Virus record (IMG/VR): IMGVR_UViG_3300036790_000419 | Location: 1-64,000 of that record | Source: a virus | Reading direction: 5' to 3' (one strand) | Length of the DNA stretch: 64,000 nucleotides | Part shown: in pieces, positions 44,083-53,645 of the stretch | Position numbering within the stretch: position 1 is the stretch's first letter | Layout: every line of letters starts with the position of its first letter | Translations under genes and position numbers: made by a program | The notes under the pieces: model-generated | Told to the model about the DNA's origin: nothing | The model's input: only the letters and a program-made list of their open reading frames with translations | The model's database searches: none

Positions 44083-46875
44083 ATGACGCCCGTCCTGCCT
44101 GACGCTGCCCGGATGTCCCGCGACGCCCGCCGTACCGCTGCCGCCCGCGTCCGGGCCCTGGACGACATCCAGCCGTTCCCCGGGCTGGAGTGGTTCAACT
44201 CCGCGCCGTGCGAGAGGCACGAGTCGCTGAACATCCTGTGCCGCCGCTGCGGCGTCAGGCTGCGCAGGCACCAGCGGATCGGGGCCTCGTGGATGTACCT
44301 GGGGCTCCCGGGCCTGCTGGGCGACACCATGGGGCCTCAACCACTAGACGCCAAGGTGCTGACACCGGGCGGCTGGGCTCTTATGGGAGAGTTGCAGGGC
44401 GGGGACGAGGTAATCGACCCAGACGGTTCGTCGTCGGAGGTCGCTGAGGTCATCCCGCAGGGCACCCAGGACGTCTACCGGATCACGTTCTCGGACGGGA
44501 CCTCGGCTGAGTCCACGCTCGGGCACCTGTGGGAGGTTCGGGGTATGGGCAACGACCGGTACCGGTACAAGACCCGGGTCGGTCGTGAGCAGCGGGACGT
44601 GTCTGCGTGGAAGGTCCGCACGCTGGGCGAGATCCGGGCCCTGAAAGGTAATTTCGCCGTTCCGCTCATGCGACGGGCTCCGGATCTCGCTGTTGCGGAC
44701 GGAACCCTCCCCCTGGACCCTTATTTGCTCGGCCTCCTGCTGGGCGACGGGTCACTGAGCAAGCACACCCCGGAATTCGGCTCTGCGGACCAGGAATTGC
44801 TGACGGCTGCGAAGGAACTTCTCCCGAAAGGCTGGGGCTGGACGTTCACGCAGTATCGCACGGGGTGCGAGTGGTACCGCTTGAACGGCAGTCAGCCCGT
44901 TTTGCGGTCACTCGGCCTGTTCGGCAAGCGGGCCTGGGAGAAGGCGGTTCCCGAGCAGTACAAGTGGGCTTCTGCCGAAGCCCGGCTGGCCCTGCTCCAG
45001 GGGCTCATGGACACGGACGGAAGCTGGGCGGCGTGTGCTGGCGCGGAGTTCGGCTCTGCGTCGCGCCAGCTTGCTGAAGATGTTGCGGATCTGGGCCGTT
45101 CGCTTGGCTTGCGTACGTCGTCGGTGCGGGCCAAGAAGACCAGCTACACCTATAAGGGGGAGAAGCGGCAAGGGCGGGATGCCTACCGGGTAACCGTTGC
45201 TCCCGCGCCTGGCCGGATTCTGTTCCGGCTCGCTCGAAAGGTCCGGCCTGCACCCCGTCAGCGCGCGCACGGGGACATGACCAATGCCGGAGCGCGGTCG
45301 CATCATCAGCGTGACCAGCGGGTCAAGTGGATTCGCACGATCGAGTACGCCCGGACCGTGCCGGTGCAGTGCATCCGGGTGACCGCGCCATCGCAGCTGT
45401 ACGTTACCGATGACTGGACCGTCACCCACAACAGCGGCAAGACCGCCCAGATGCTGGCGATGCTCGCCATGTGCAAGCAGAACGGGGAGCTGGGGCTGCA
45501 CAACCGGGCGGTCATCGTCTGCCGGGCCGCCGCGACCTGGGACCCGTGGGGGAACGAGCTGGGGCGGCTGCTGCCCGGCATCAGCGCCTACGTCGCCGAC
45601 GGCACCCGCGAGCAGCGCATCCGCGGCTACATGGGCAACTGGGAGATCGCGGTCGTGTCCGACCGCACGCTGGGCGGCGCGCACGGCAAGCGGCAGTCCC
45701 GCGAGGGCGACGTGGCACTGCTTGAGCAGTTCCCGGTCGGGATCTTGATCTACGACGACGTGGACCCCCTGCGCAACCACCTCACCGAGACCAGCGCGGC
45801 GGTCAACCGGCTGGCCGCGCAGTGCCGGCGGGTCCACGGGGCGCACGCCACCCCGACGCAGAAGCGCCTGGCGGAGCTGTGGTGCATGGTGCAGCCGGCC
45901 GGCGGCCGGTCGGCCCTCGGGTCACTGGACTACTTCGAGACCAAGTTTTCCGGTCCGGTCTCCAGGACCATCCTCACCCGGGACCCGGACGACCCGACGG
46001 GCCGCCGCCGCGTCCGCAAGAAGGTGCAGCTCGGCAACGGGGGCGGGATCGTCTCCGACCCGAAGAAGGCAGCCGAGCTACGCCGGCTCATCTACCCCCT
46101 GGTGCTGCGGCGCACCGCCAAGGACATCGAGGGTGACGTGGCGATGCCCGCCGTCCAGTACAACCCGGTGTTCCTTGACCTGAACCCGCGCCAGCGGGCC
46201 CGCTACGAGGAACTGCGCCGGGGCACGCTGCGACGGCTCAGGGAAAGCGGCGAGGTGGTCACCCAGACGGAGGCCGCCGCGGCGTTCAACTACGGGTGGC
46301 AGATCTGCAGCGGCCTGGCCGCCATCGACGAGGGGCCGGGGGCTGACGACTCGTGCAAGTTCGACTGGCTGATGAACCTGCTCACCGGCGACCTGAGTGA
46401 CGAGAAGGCGGTCTGCTTCGTCTACTTCAAGAAGAACGTGGCGGCGCTCGCACGGCGGCTGCAGGCCGAGGGCATCGGCGGCGTGCTCATGTGGTCGGGC
46501 GAGACCGACAAGCGCGAGCGGGCCCGCCGGCTGGCGCGGTTCCACGAGGACCCCAAATGCCGGGTGCTCATCGGCACTACCACGATCGAGGCCAGCCTCA
46601 ACTTGCAGGTGGCCCGCCAGGTCGCCCTGGTCGACACCATCCTCAACCCGGCACGGATGGCCCAGATCGTGGGCCGGTGCGCCCGGGTGGGCAGCCAGTT
46701 CCCGACGGTGTACGCGCACCACCTGCTGGCCAGGCACACCCAGGAGGACGCCTACCTGCCGATGCTGCGGCAGGAGGGCGAGATCGCCGACACGGTGTGG
46801 GACGAGAAGCAGAGCCTGTTCACCGCGCTGAGCCCGCGGCAGATCATGCGCCTGGTGGCTTTCGGCAAGCTCTAG
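44083..46875 (+). CDS. SNF2-family (SF2) helicase containing an intein
   Basis: Motif I DTMG^SGKT; LIYDD; HATPTQKRLAELW; VLRRT; ASLNLQ; NPARMAQIVGRCARVG. Confidence 0.9.
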   Translation: MTPVLPDAARMSRDARRTAAARVRALDDIQPFPGLEWFNSAPCERHESLNILCRRCGVRLRRHQRIGASWMYLGLPGLLGDTMGPQPLDAKVLTPGGWALMGELQGGDEVIDPDGSSSEVAEVIPQGTQDVYRITFSDGTSAESTLGHLWEVRGMGNDRYRYKTRVGREQRDVSAWKVRTLGEIRALKGNFAVPLMRRAPDLAVADGTLPLDPYLLGLLLGDGSLSKHTPEFGSADQELLTAAKELLPKGWGWTFTQYRTGCEWYRLNGSQPVLRSLGLFGKRAWEKAVPEQYKWASAEARLALLQGLMDTDGSWAACAGAEFGSASRQLAEDVADLGRSLGLRTSSVRAKKTSYTYKGEKRQGRDAYRVTVAPAPGRILFRLARKVRPAPRQRAHGDMTNAGARSHHQRDQRVKWIRTIEYARTVPVQCIRVTAPSQLYVTDDWTVTHNSGKTAQMLAMLAMCKQNGELGLHNRAVIVCRAAATWDPWGNELGRLLPGISAYVADGTREQRIRGYMGNWEIAVVSDRTLGGAHGKRQSREGDVALLEQFPVGILIYDDVDPLRNHLTETSAAVNRLAAQCRRVHGAHATPTQKRLAELWCMVQPAGGRSALGSLDYFETKFSGPVSRTILTRDPDDPTGRRRVRKKVQLGNGGGIVSDPKKAAELRRLIYPLVLRRTAKDIEGDVAMPAVQYNPVFLDLNPRQRARYEELRRGTLRRLRESGEVVTQTEAAAAFNYGWQICSGLAAIDEGPGADDSCKFDWLMNLLTGDLSDEKAVCFVYFKKNVAALARRLQAEGIGGVLMWSGETDKRERARRLARFHEDPKCRVLIGTTTIEASLNLQVARQVALVDTILNPARMAQIVGRCARVGSQFPTVYAHHLLARHTQEDAYLPMLRQEGEIADTVWDEKQSLFTALSPRQIMRLVAFGKL
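44335..45432 (+). mobile_element. class 3 intein with LAGLIDADG homing endonuclease (366 aa)
   Basis: Starts PQPLDAKVLTPGG, ends VTHN|S; block B TLGHLW, block F VQCIRV; YLLGLLLGDG and LLQGLMDTDG. Confidence 0.9.
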
Positions 46876-46899
46876 TCACTTGACTCAGGTAAAGATAAG

Positions 46900-47634
46900 A
46901 TGGCGGGTATGGGACTAAGAATTCACAAGGCAATCGGCTGGGGGCTGACCAGCCTGGCTCCGGGTGAAGACGGGCAGGCCGACTCCCGCGTCAACTGGAA
47001 GGCCGAGCCGTTCAAGTACGAGGGGCGCACCGGGCGGGAGTACCTGGCCTGGCTGCGCGAGCAGGCGGAGGTTCGCCGCCGGAACGGCCTGCAGTGGTTC
47101 TCGATCGACTCCATGACCCTGGGCGACGCTGAGTGGCTGGATAAGTTCGGCGGCGAGCCGGTCTGGCAGACAGTCACCTACAGCCCCGAGTACGGGCTCC
47201 CCGAGGTGCTGGTCATCCGGCCCTTCGTCTGCACGGACTGGTCCCGGACGGACGACATGATCGACTACTCGGCCGAGAGACTCAGTCACCCGGATGCGGA
47301 GAACTGGTGGGCACCCGTCCGCGGGGGCATTCACCCGTTCGAGGGCCTGTTCATGGATGCCGAGACCGGTGAGAGCCTGCCGCACGCCGTCGTCCAGTGG
47401 GTCCGCCTCGTCAACGGCCTGACCGAACGCGGTGTCTCTGACGAGGAGGCCAGGCTGGGGCTGGCAGCGGCGGTGCGCGCGTGGACGCCGTACAGGTCGC
47501 AGGCCGAGGCGAAGGCACGCATCGTGCCGCGGGTGCCGGAGGAGGTCCGCGACCTCGCGGAGTACCTAGACCTGTTCACCGACGCTGCGGTCTGGCGGCA
47601 GCTCCGGCCGGTGCTCTACACGTACTGGTCGTAG
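46900..47634 (+). CDS. hypothetical phage protein
   Basis: 244 aa ORF after palindrome 46879. Confidence 0.75.
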   Translation: MAGMGLRIHKAIGWGLTSLAPGEDGQADSRVNWKAEPFKYEGRTGREYLAWLREQAEVRRRNGLQWFSIDSMTLGDAEWLDKFGGEPVWQTVTYSPEYGLPEVLVIRPFVCTDWSRTDDMIDYSAERLSHPDAENWWAPVRGGIHPFEGLFMDAETGESLPHAVVQWVRLVNGLTERGVSDEEARLGLAAAVRAWTPYRSQAEAKARIVPRVPEEVRDLAEYLDLFTDAAVWRQLRPVLYTYWS

Positions 47635-48018
47635 CTACCGCACGTCCACGGTCGCCCCGGCGACCTGGAGTGCCTCTACGGCCTTTTCCGCGGTCGCGCG
47701 GTCTGCGTTCTCCAGTACGGTGACCGGAGCCCGCTCCACCAGGTCCTTGGCCTCCTTGAGGCCCAGCTTGGTGAAGACCCGGACCTCCTTGATGACCTGG
47801 ATCTTCTTGGGGCCCGCGTCCTCGATGACGACATCGAACTCCGTCTGCTGGTCTTCCTCCTCCGGTGGCGCGTCAGCGACGGCGGGCGGCGTGCCGTTGA
47901 CCGACACGGCGGCGGTCACCCCGAATGTCGTCTCGAAGTCCTTCACGAACTCCGCCAGTTCCAGCACGGTCATTTCCCTGAACGCACCCATCAGGTCGGC
48001 GCTGCTCAGCTTCGCCAT
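47635..48018 (-). CDS. rplL: 50S ribosomal protein L7/L12 (bL12)
   Basis: MAKLS...[23 protein letters not shown]; [36 protein letters not shown]; AAGGAGG RBS. Confidence 0.95.
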   Translation of the reverse strand: MAKLSSADLMGAFREMTVLELAEFVKDFETTFGVTAAVSVNGTPPAVADAPPEEEDQQTEFDVVIEDAGPKKIQVIKEVRVFTKLGLKEAKDLVERAPVTVLENADRATAEKAVEALQVAGATVDVR

Positions 48019-48077
48019 CTGTCCTCCTTGGCCTGATTGTGACCGTCATCGTAGCGGGCTCCCGCTGTCGGTGATGC

Positions 48078-48299
48078 GTGACGATCACGCGGGACATGGC
48101 ATCTACACGGGTTGAATGGTTCCTGGCGGCCAAGAAGGCGCTGCGCGCTCACCGGGACTGGACCGACGAGCAGGTGGCGAACCACTGCGGCATCCCGCTC
48201 GCCGTCGCCGGCGAGATCATCCGCCCGGCCCGTCAGGAGGTCGAGCAGGACCAGACGGACCCGGCCTCGCGGCACGCGAAGCGGATGACCGGTGACTGA
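48078..48299 (+). CDS. small HTH-like protein
   Basis: WTDEQVANHCGIP. Confidence 0.55.
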   Translation: MTITRDMASTRVEWFLAAKKALRAHRDWTDEQVANHCGIPLAVAGEIIRPARQEVEQDQTDPASRHAKRMTGD

Positions 48300-48984
48300 G
48301 GCAGAGGTCCGGGCGCGGATCGGCGAGCTGGTCACGGAAATCGTGCCGTCGGCCCGGTCGGAGGCCTACCGGGTGTGGCAGCGCGCCCCGCACGCCCTGG
48401 AGATGGACGAACTCGAAGCCCTGGCCCTGTCGGGCCTGGCCGCCGCTGCGGCCCGCTGGCCCGTGTACTGCGCTTCCCGGGGGTACAGCCCGACGGCCTG
48501 GGAGTTCTTCAGGGCTTACGTGACCAGGCGCATGCGGGGCGCGATGCTCGATCACCTGCGGTCGCAGGACTGGGTGACCCGCAGTGCCCGGACCAGGGCC
48601 AAGGCGCTGCGCGAGGCAGGCCAGGACCGCGGGCTGAGCGACGCCGAGCTGGCACGGGCGACGGGCATGGGCATCGACGAGGTGCGTGCCACCGCCGCCG
48701 CCGTCTCCGCGCGCCCGGTGTCGATCGACGCCGAGCCCTACGACGTGGCCGGGACCGACGACGTGGAGGGCCAGGCCGTGGTGTCGCAGGTCCTCGCCGC
48801 GATGACGGGAGTGATTAGCCGCCTGAGCGATCACGGGCGCGTGATACTGGTTTTGCACTATTACCAGGGCATGACCGTCCCCGAGCTTGCCCCGTACGTC
48901 GGCGTAACACCAGATGAGGCCGCCAGGCTTCACCAGGAGGCGATCCTGGAGTGCCATCGGGCAATGCTGGGGGTAGTGGCGTGA
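48292..48984 (+). CDS. FliA/WhiG-family sigma factor
   Basis: RRMRGAMLDHLRSQDWVTRSAR; ELARATGM; PVSID; ILVLHYYQGMTVPELA..VGVT. Confidence 0.85.
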   Translation: MTEAEVRARIGELVTEIVPSARSEAYRVWQRAPHALEMDELEALALSGLAAAAARWPVYCASRGYSPTAWEFFRAYVTRRMRGAMLDHLRSQDWVTRSARTRAKALREAGQDRGLSDAELARATGMGIDEVRATAAAVSARPVSIDAEPYDVAGTDDVEGQAVVSQVLAAMTGVISRLSDHGRVILVLHYYQGMTVPELAPYVGVTPDEAARLHQEAILECHRAMLGVVA

Positions 48985-49319
48985 AGTACGAGCTGTACGC
49001 GGTTGAGATCGAGGTCTGCTCGAACCCGCTGACTTACGAGCTGGAGCACCGCCGCGATGAGCACGGACAGGGTTCCCCGCTTACCTGGGAGACAAGGGCA
49101 GGCGCGGAGGCTTACATCGAGGGCATCAAGCGCGAGGCCGGTGACCTCGAACTGGACATCTTCCAGGTGGTGCCGCTGACCGGCGAGACGGACAGCGAGA
49201 ACGAGGACTCGTTTGACTTCCTGACGGAAGCAGAGCGGGCCAGCTCGGCACCCGCCGGGGTTCCTTACCGTGAGCTGACCGACGCTGAGGCGGCGGCCGA
49301 GGAAGCGACATGGGGCTGA
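48981..49319 (+). CDS. acidic hypothetical protein
   Basis: GTGA coupling. Confidence 0.6.
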   Translation: MKYELYAVEIEVCSNPLTYELEHRRDEHGQGSPLTWETRAGAEAYIEGIKREAGDLELDIFQVVPLTGETDSENEDSFDFLTEAERASSAPAGVPYRELTDAEAAAEEATWG

Positions 49320-49753
49320 CTGCCCTTGAAAAGCAGGCCGGGCGGGCGTTCCGCGACGCTGCCCAGGCTGTCCTCGACAGCCGGAACAGGCTGGACCCGC
49401 CTGGCGTGTTCGTCTTGCCGCTGTGGCGGGTGGTCCGGCACGAGTGCCCGGCTGCGGGCGGGGCCTCTATCGGCATCACGCTGCGCGAGGAGTGCGAGGA
49501 GAGCCCGGAATACTGGGGCTGCTACTGCGGAACCGTTACCACCTGGGGCACGCCGAACTTTCCGCACGAGGACTGCGATGGCAGTAGCGTCATTGCTGTG
49601 GTCGGGCGGTTCGCGTTCGTCTGGAAAGAGGGGAAGTGCTCCGGGTGCGGCCTGACCGTCCGCACCCGCCGCGGGCGCTTCGTTGCCGATCGCCCGCTCA
49701 GCCACGGAAGGACCAGCGGTGAGCAGCGACGACCGGCCAGCCCACATCCTTGA
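49310..49753 (+). CDS. hypothetical Cys-containing protein
   Basis: Overlapping operonic ORF. Confidence 0.6.
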   Translation: MGLTALEKQAGRAFRDAAQAVLDSRNRLDPPGVFVLPLWRVVRHECPAAGGASIGITLREECEESPEYWGCYCGTVTTWGTPNFPHEDCDGSSVIAVVGRFAFVWKEGKCSGCGLTVRTRRGRFVADRPLSHGRTSGEQRRPASPHP

Positions 49754-50300
49754 GATCCCCGAGTCCCTCGGGCGCGACGTGGACGCCTTCTACGCGGGCA
49801 AGAGGCCCGCGCCGCCCGTGGAAGCGTTCATGTCCGACGCCGCCCTTCAGCAAGTAGAGCAGCAGACCCGCGCCGCATCTGCGCCGGTCCACGCCGAGGA
49901 CCTGGTGCCTATCAGCAAGGCGGAAGCCGCCGCGCGCACCACGTTCGACGGCGAGCACCTGCCGAGGGTGCCGGCGACAAGGCGCGTTATCCCTGCGCCG
50001 TTCCGCCGCCCCCGGTTCGACCTGGACCGGCACGGGCGCGACTGGACTACCTGCCGGGCCGACGACGTGGCCCCGGGGGACATGGTGGCGGTGGACGGGA
50101 CGTCGTTCCGGGTCGCTGCGGTCGAGCCCGTGCTCAGGTACGAGGTGGTCGCCGGCATCCCCGACGTAGCAGTAGGCATGAAGGTCATCATCACCGGGAT
50201 AGCCGGTAACCAGCTCGTGTTCGAGCCTGGCTCCAACGTCAGGGCCTTCCGCCTGGCCGAGTTATGGCCACCTGGGCGGGATGGCGGGGGCTGGATCTAG
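49719..50300 (+). CDS. hypothetical protein
   Basis: Operonic ORF. Confidence 0.6.
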   Translation: MSSDDRPAHILEIPESLGRDVDAFYAGKRPAPPVEAFMSDAALQQVEQQTRAASAPVHAEDLVPISKAEAAARTTFDGEHLPRVPATRRVIPAPFRRPRFDLDRHGRDWTTCRADDVAPGDMVAVDGTSFRVAAVEPVLRYEVVAGIPDVAVGMKVIITGIAGNQLVFEPGSNVRAFRLAELWPPGRDGGGWI

Positions 50301-50947
50301 GGTGTGGTGTTGGTATCTCCACCGACGGCTACGTCAAGGCCGGGGCCAAGATGACCGGGATCGACCTGAACCCGGACGTCGGCGAGTACTACCCGGGTGA
50401 GTTCCAGTGCCGGGACATGCTGACGGTGGGCACCGAGGAGCTGCGCAGCTACGATTTCGTGCACGTCGGGCCGCCGTGCCAGCGGTGGAGCAGGATGCTC
50501 AGCTGCCGCCCCGGCCTGGCTGAGCGGTATCCCGACCTCATCACCCCGATGCGGCCCCGGCTCATCGAGGCCGGCGTGCCGTACGTCATCGAGAACGTGG
50601 AGAACGCGCCGCTGGAGGGCGCGGTCTGGCTGTGCGGGCTCATGTTCGGCTTTGAGCTGTACCGGCACCGCGGGTTCGAGGCGGGCAACGGCCTGGTAAT
50701 CCCGAGGCTCCGCCACCCGGAGCACACGATGCCCGCCAGCAAGGCTGGGCACTGGGTGCCGGGTACGGTGATGTCGATCGCCGGGCACGCCGCTCCCATC
50801 GCCCGGGCCCGGCAGTTGATGGACGTGGCCCGGCACGTGCCGCGCGAGATGCTGGTGGAGGCCGCCCCTGGCTACATGACCGCCTACGTGGCCGCGCACA
50901 TGACGGCCTACCTGAGCAGGGAGGCGGCGTTATGGCGGACGCTGTAG
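50264..50947 (+). CDS. second short C5-cytosine DNA methyltransferase-like protein
   Basis: GLDLGCGVG, GIDL, HVGPPCQ, YVIENV, LCG.MFG, RHRGFE. Confidence 0.8.
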   Translation: MATWAGWRGLDLGCGVGISTDGYVKAGAKMTGIDLNPDVGEYYPGEFQCRDMLTVGTEELRSYDFVHVGPPCQRWSRMLSCRPGLAERYPDLITPMRPRLIEAGVPYVIENVENAPLEGAVWLCGLMFGFELYRHRGFEAGNGLVIPRLRHPEHTMPASKAGHWVPGTVMSIAGHAAPIARARQLMDVARHVPREMLVEAAPGYMTAYVAAHMTAYLSREAALWRTL

Positions 50948-52380
50948 CGCACGGCAAGACGGTGCTGGCGGCCGTCGCCGCTGACGGCGGGTCGATCTCG
51001 GCGCTGGACTACGCGGCTGCCCGGGTCGGCGGGGAGCATTTTCCCGACCCGGTGCAGCGGTCCCTGTTCCTGCTGCTGACGCGGTACGCCGACCAGACCG
51101 GCGGTGTCATGACCCGCGCGGCGCTGAGCGACCTGCTGCGCGGCCGGAAGCCGGGCACCGTGCAGATGTACGAGGAGGCATACGACGCCGTCGCGGCGGC
51201 GGTGCCTCAGTTGCACGAGTTCCGGCACTCGGTCAGCCAGCTGCGCGAGCTGGCGGCCGAGCGCGCCACCGATGAGGCCCTTGCCGCGGGCAAGCTGATT
51301 ATGCGGCAGGAGGTCCGCCTGGAAGACGGCCGGGAGCTGTTCGGGCACGCTGACGCGCGCGAGTACGTCCAGGTGGCCCTGGCTGAGGCTGAGCAGCTTT
51401 CCAGCACGTCCGACACCCCGGAGGGCGACGTCGCCGCCGAGGGGGACGAGGTGCTGGCCGCCTATGCCGCCGCGAAGGAGCTGCGCAGGTCCGGCAAGCC
51501 GGTCGGCGTCCAGTTCGGCCTCCCGGACCTGGACCGCGCCCTGGGCGGCGGCCTCGGCAAGGGGCTGTCGCTGGTGGTGGCCGGCACGACGGTGGGCAAG
51601 TCCAGTCTGTGCGTGCAGCTTGCCTGGTACAACGCGGTCATCGAGGGCCGCGACGTCCTGGTTTTCACCACCGAGCAGCACCGTGACGAGGTGCGCGTCA
51701 AGCTGGTCGCCCGGCACTCGCGCCACCCGAAGTTCGGCCTCGGCCGCGGGCTCGACAGCCTGAAGATCGTCTCCGGGTGGCTCAGCGAGGACGAGGAGAG
51801 GGCCCTGGCCTGGGTGGCCGGGGACCTGAAGGCCGGCGGCTACGGTGAGCTGCAGGTCGTGCAGATGCCCGAGCACTGCACGACCTCGGTCATCGCGGGC
51901 CGGGCCGAGGCGATGGCCCGCCGCCGCAGGCCCGACCTGATGGTGTTCGACTACCTGCAACTGTGCGACCCTGAGCGCCGCAGCCGCGAGTCCAAGGAGC
52001 ACGAGAACCAGTCCGGCATCGTCAAGGGCGCGCACCGCTGGGCGCAGACGGCCTTCCACGGCCGGGGCGTTCCCCTGGTCTCCCCCTGGCAGGCCAACCA
52101 GGGCGGCTCCCAGGCGCTGCGCGGCAGCGGCGGGTTCTCGCTGGACACGCACATGTCGCAGACCAAGGAGGCCGGCAACACGGCGGCGACGGTGCTGTCC
52201 CTGGCCATGCCCGAGGAGGACAACTCCAGGGGCCGTGACGTGAAGCTGGTGCTGACGGTGGAGAAGAACCGCAACGGGGTGCGCGGCGGCCGATTCCACG
52301 TGACCGCGGACTACGCCACCAGCCACTTCACGGACCGCGTGGCCCTGGAGGAGGACCCGATCGACTTCGAGGTCGAGTGA
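50932..52380 (+). CDS. DnaB-like replicative helicase
   Basis: FGLPDLDRALGGG; Walker A AGTTVGKS; FTTE; MVFDYLQL; SPWQAN; KNRNG. Confidence 0.9.
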   Translation: MADAVAHGKTVLAAVAADGGSISALDYAAARVGGEHFPDPVQRSLFLLLTRYADQTGGVMTRAALSDLLRGRKPGTVQMYEEAYDAVAAAVPQLHEFRHSVSQLRELAAERATDEALAAGKLIMRQEVRLEDGRELFGHADAREYVQVALAEAEQLSSTSDTPEGDVAAEGDEVLAAYAAAKELRRSGKPVGVQFGLPDLDRALGGGLGKGLSLVVAGTTVGKSSLCVQLAWYNAVIEGRDVLVFTTEQHRDEVRVKLVARHSRHPKFGLGRGLDSLKIVSGWLSEDEERALAWVAGDLKAGGYGELQVVQMPEHCTTSVIAGRAEAMARRRRPDLMVFDYLQLCDPERRSRESKEHENQSGIVKGAHRWAQTAFHGRGVPLVSPWQANQGGSQALRGSGGFSLDTHMSQTKEAGNTAATVLSLAMPEEDNSRGRDVKLVLTVEKNRNGVRGGRFHVTADYATSHFTDRVALEEDPIDFEVE

Positions 52381-52381
52381 C

Positions 52382-52933
52382 GTGCCCCGCAAGAGGTCGC
52401 TGTACGCCGTCGCCAACGAGCGGGTCTCGTTCGACACGGCGATGGCCTGGGCGGGCGCGGGCAGCACCGGCGCGCGCGAGCGCGGCATGAAGGTGACCTG
52501 CCCGTCTTGCGGCGAGCAGGGGGCGTTGCGCGTCTACCCGGACCACGGCTGGTGTTTCGGTGAGCAGCAGTACTTCTCACCGGTCGGCCTGCTGGCCGAG
52601 GTCTGGGACATGGACCGGGAGGAGGCGGCGATCAAGGCCCTGGACAGGATCGGCTACGTGCCGGCCAGCTACGCCCACCTGTGGGACGAGGCACAGCGTG
52701 AGTGCGAGCCCGCGCTTGACGACTTGTCGGCGGCGCTGCGCACCTGGTGCGAGGCGAGCTGCCCTGACTGGAGGGCCCGGCAGTACGACGACGCGGTGGC
52801 GCGCGCGCTGTCCCGCTGCCTCGGCCTGCTGCCCGCGGTGCGGACGGAGGCTGACTGCCGCAAGTGGCTTACGGTAAGTAAAACGGTCATGGGGCGGGTG
52901 CTGTCGCGGGCTAGCAGGAATAGCTTGACATGA
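52382..52933 (+). CDS. primase Zn-binding-domain-like protein
   Basis: CPSC...LRVYPDHGWCF next to DnaB; no TOPRIM domain visible. Confidence 0.55.
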   Translation: MPRKRSLYAVANERVSFDTAMAWAGAGSTGARERGMKVTCPSCGEQGALRVYPDHGWCFGEQQYFSPVGLLAEVWDMDREEAAIKALDRIGYVPASYAHLWDEAQRECEPALDDLSAALRTWCEASCPDWRARQYDDAVARALSRCLGLLPAVRTEADCRKWLTVSKTVMGRVLSRASRNSLT

Positions 52934-52995
52934 GTTAAGCTTAATACCTGAGACAGACGCGCGCCCCGGGCTGGGGCAGGCAGGAGAGAACGGTT

Positions 52996-53388
52996 ATGGC
53001 AAGTTTGGAAGACCTGGACGACGGGGGAATCCCGGTCCTTGAGGGCTGGCTGAGCCTGCCCGCGGTCGGGGACCTGCTGGGGGTCACGCGCCAGCGGATC
53101 TACCAGATGGGGCTGAACGAGCGCAAGTTCGCGACCATCCGCAAGATTCCCGGCAAGGCCCCGGACGATCCCGGCAAGCGGGCCCGCCCGGCGGTATACG
53201 TCGTGAAGACCGAGGAAGCGGAACGGTTCCTGGCGGAGCAGCGCGCGGCCATCGCGAGGCACGACAGCGCCGGCAACCCGCTGAACGAGGCCGGCCTCGT
53301 GGTGGACCCGGGCACCGGCAGGGTGCCAGGGCAGGGGACACAGGGCTCTTACGCGCTGACCCCGGCCGGGGCAGCCGCTGCGCAGTAG
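52996..53388 (+). CDS. HTH DNA-binding protein (excisionase/HTH_17-like)
   Basis: WLSLPAVGDLLGVTRQRIYQM; preceded by palindrome 52924. Confidence 0.75.
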   Translation: MASLEDLDDGGIPVLEGWLSLPAVGDLLGVTRQRIYQMGLNERKFATIRKIPGKAPDDPGKRARPAVYVVKTEEAERFLAEQRAAIARHDSAGNPLNEAGLVVDPGTGRVPGQGTQGSYALTPAGAAAAQ

Positions 53389-53645
53389 GGTGGCGGCATG
53401 CGCGTGCCCGATTCCCTTGACGCGTCCGTGCCGGCAGCCCTGGATGACCGGGCCCCGTGGTTCGAGTGGATGGCGAAGACATGGCCCGACCGGGCTACTG
53501 CCGTCGGCTGTCATGAGGCGGTACACCGCCTGGAAGTCGAGCGCGCGGCTCAGGTGCCTGTCATCAACGTCACCGTGCCCGGCGTGCCGGGGCATTTCAC
53601 GGGCACGCCGGACGGGCCGGTGGCGTACTCGCCGGACTCCCTCAC

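Larger units (their letters stand above)
3618..52985 (+). promoter_or_regulatory. Start-associated leader motif (GA)AGGGCAGGCAC-N0-5-start, often preceded by GGCAACCGAG; about 30 copies
   Basis: Directly upstream of starts at 3648, 5281, 7727, 7980, 10320, 12497, 15218, 15857, 16424, 16749, 17289, 19026, 20545, 21341, 22052, 22527, 23840, 24238, 25357, 27963, 29461, 29714, 30281, 30797, 31710, 32262, 32786, 35353. Variants occur before 26640, 39392 and 52996. Confidence 0.9.

Noticed and set aside
47635-48018. rplL as evidence that the window is host chromosome
   Set aside because: No rplJ or rpoB synteny; flanked by phage-type replication genes and the element-specific palindrome on both sides.
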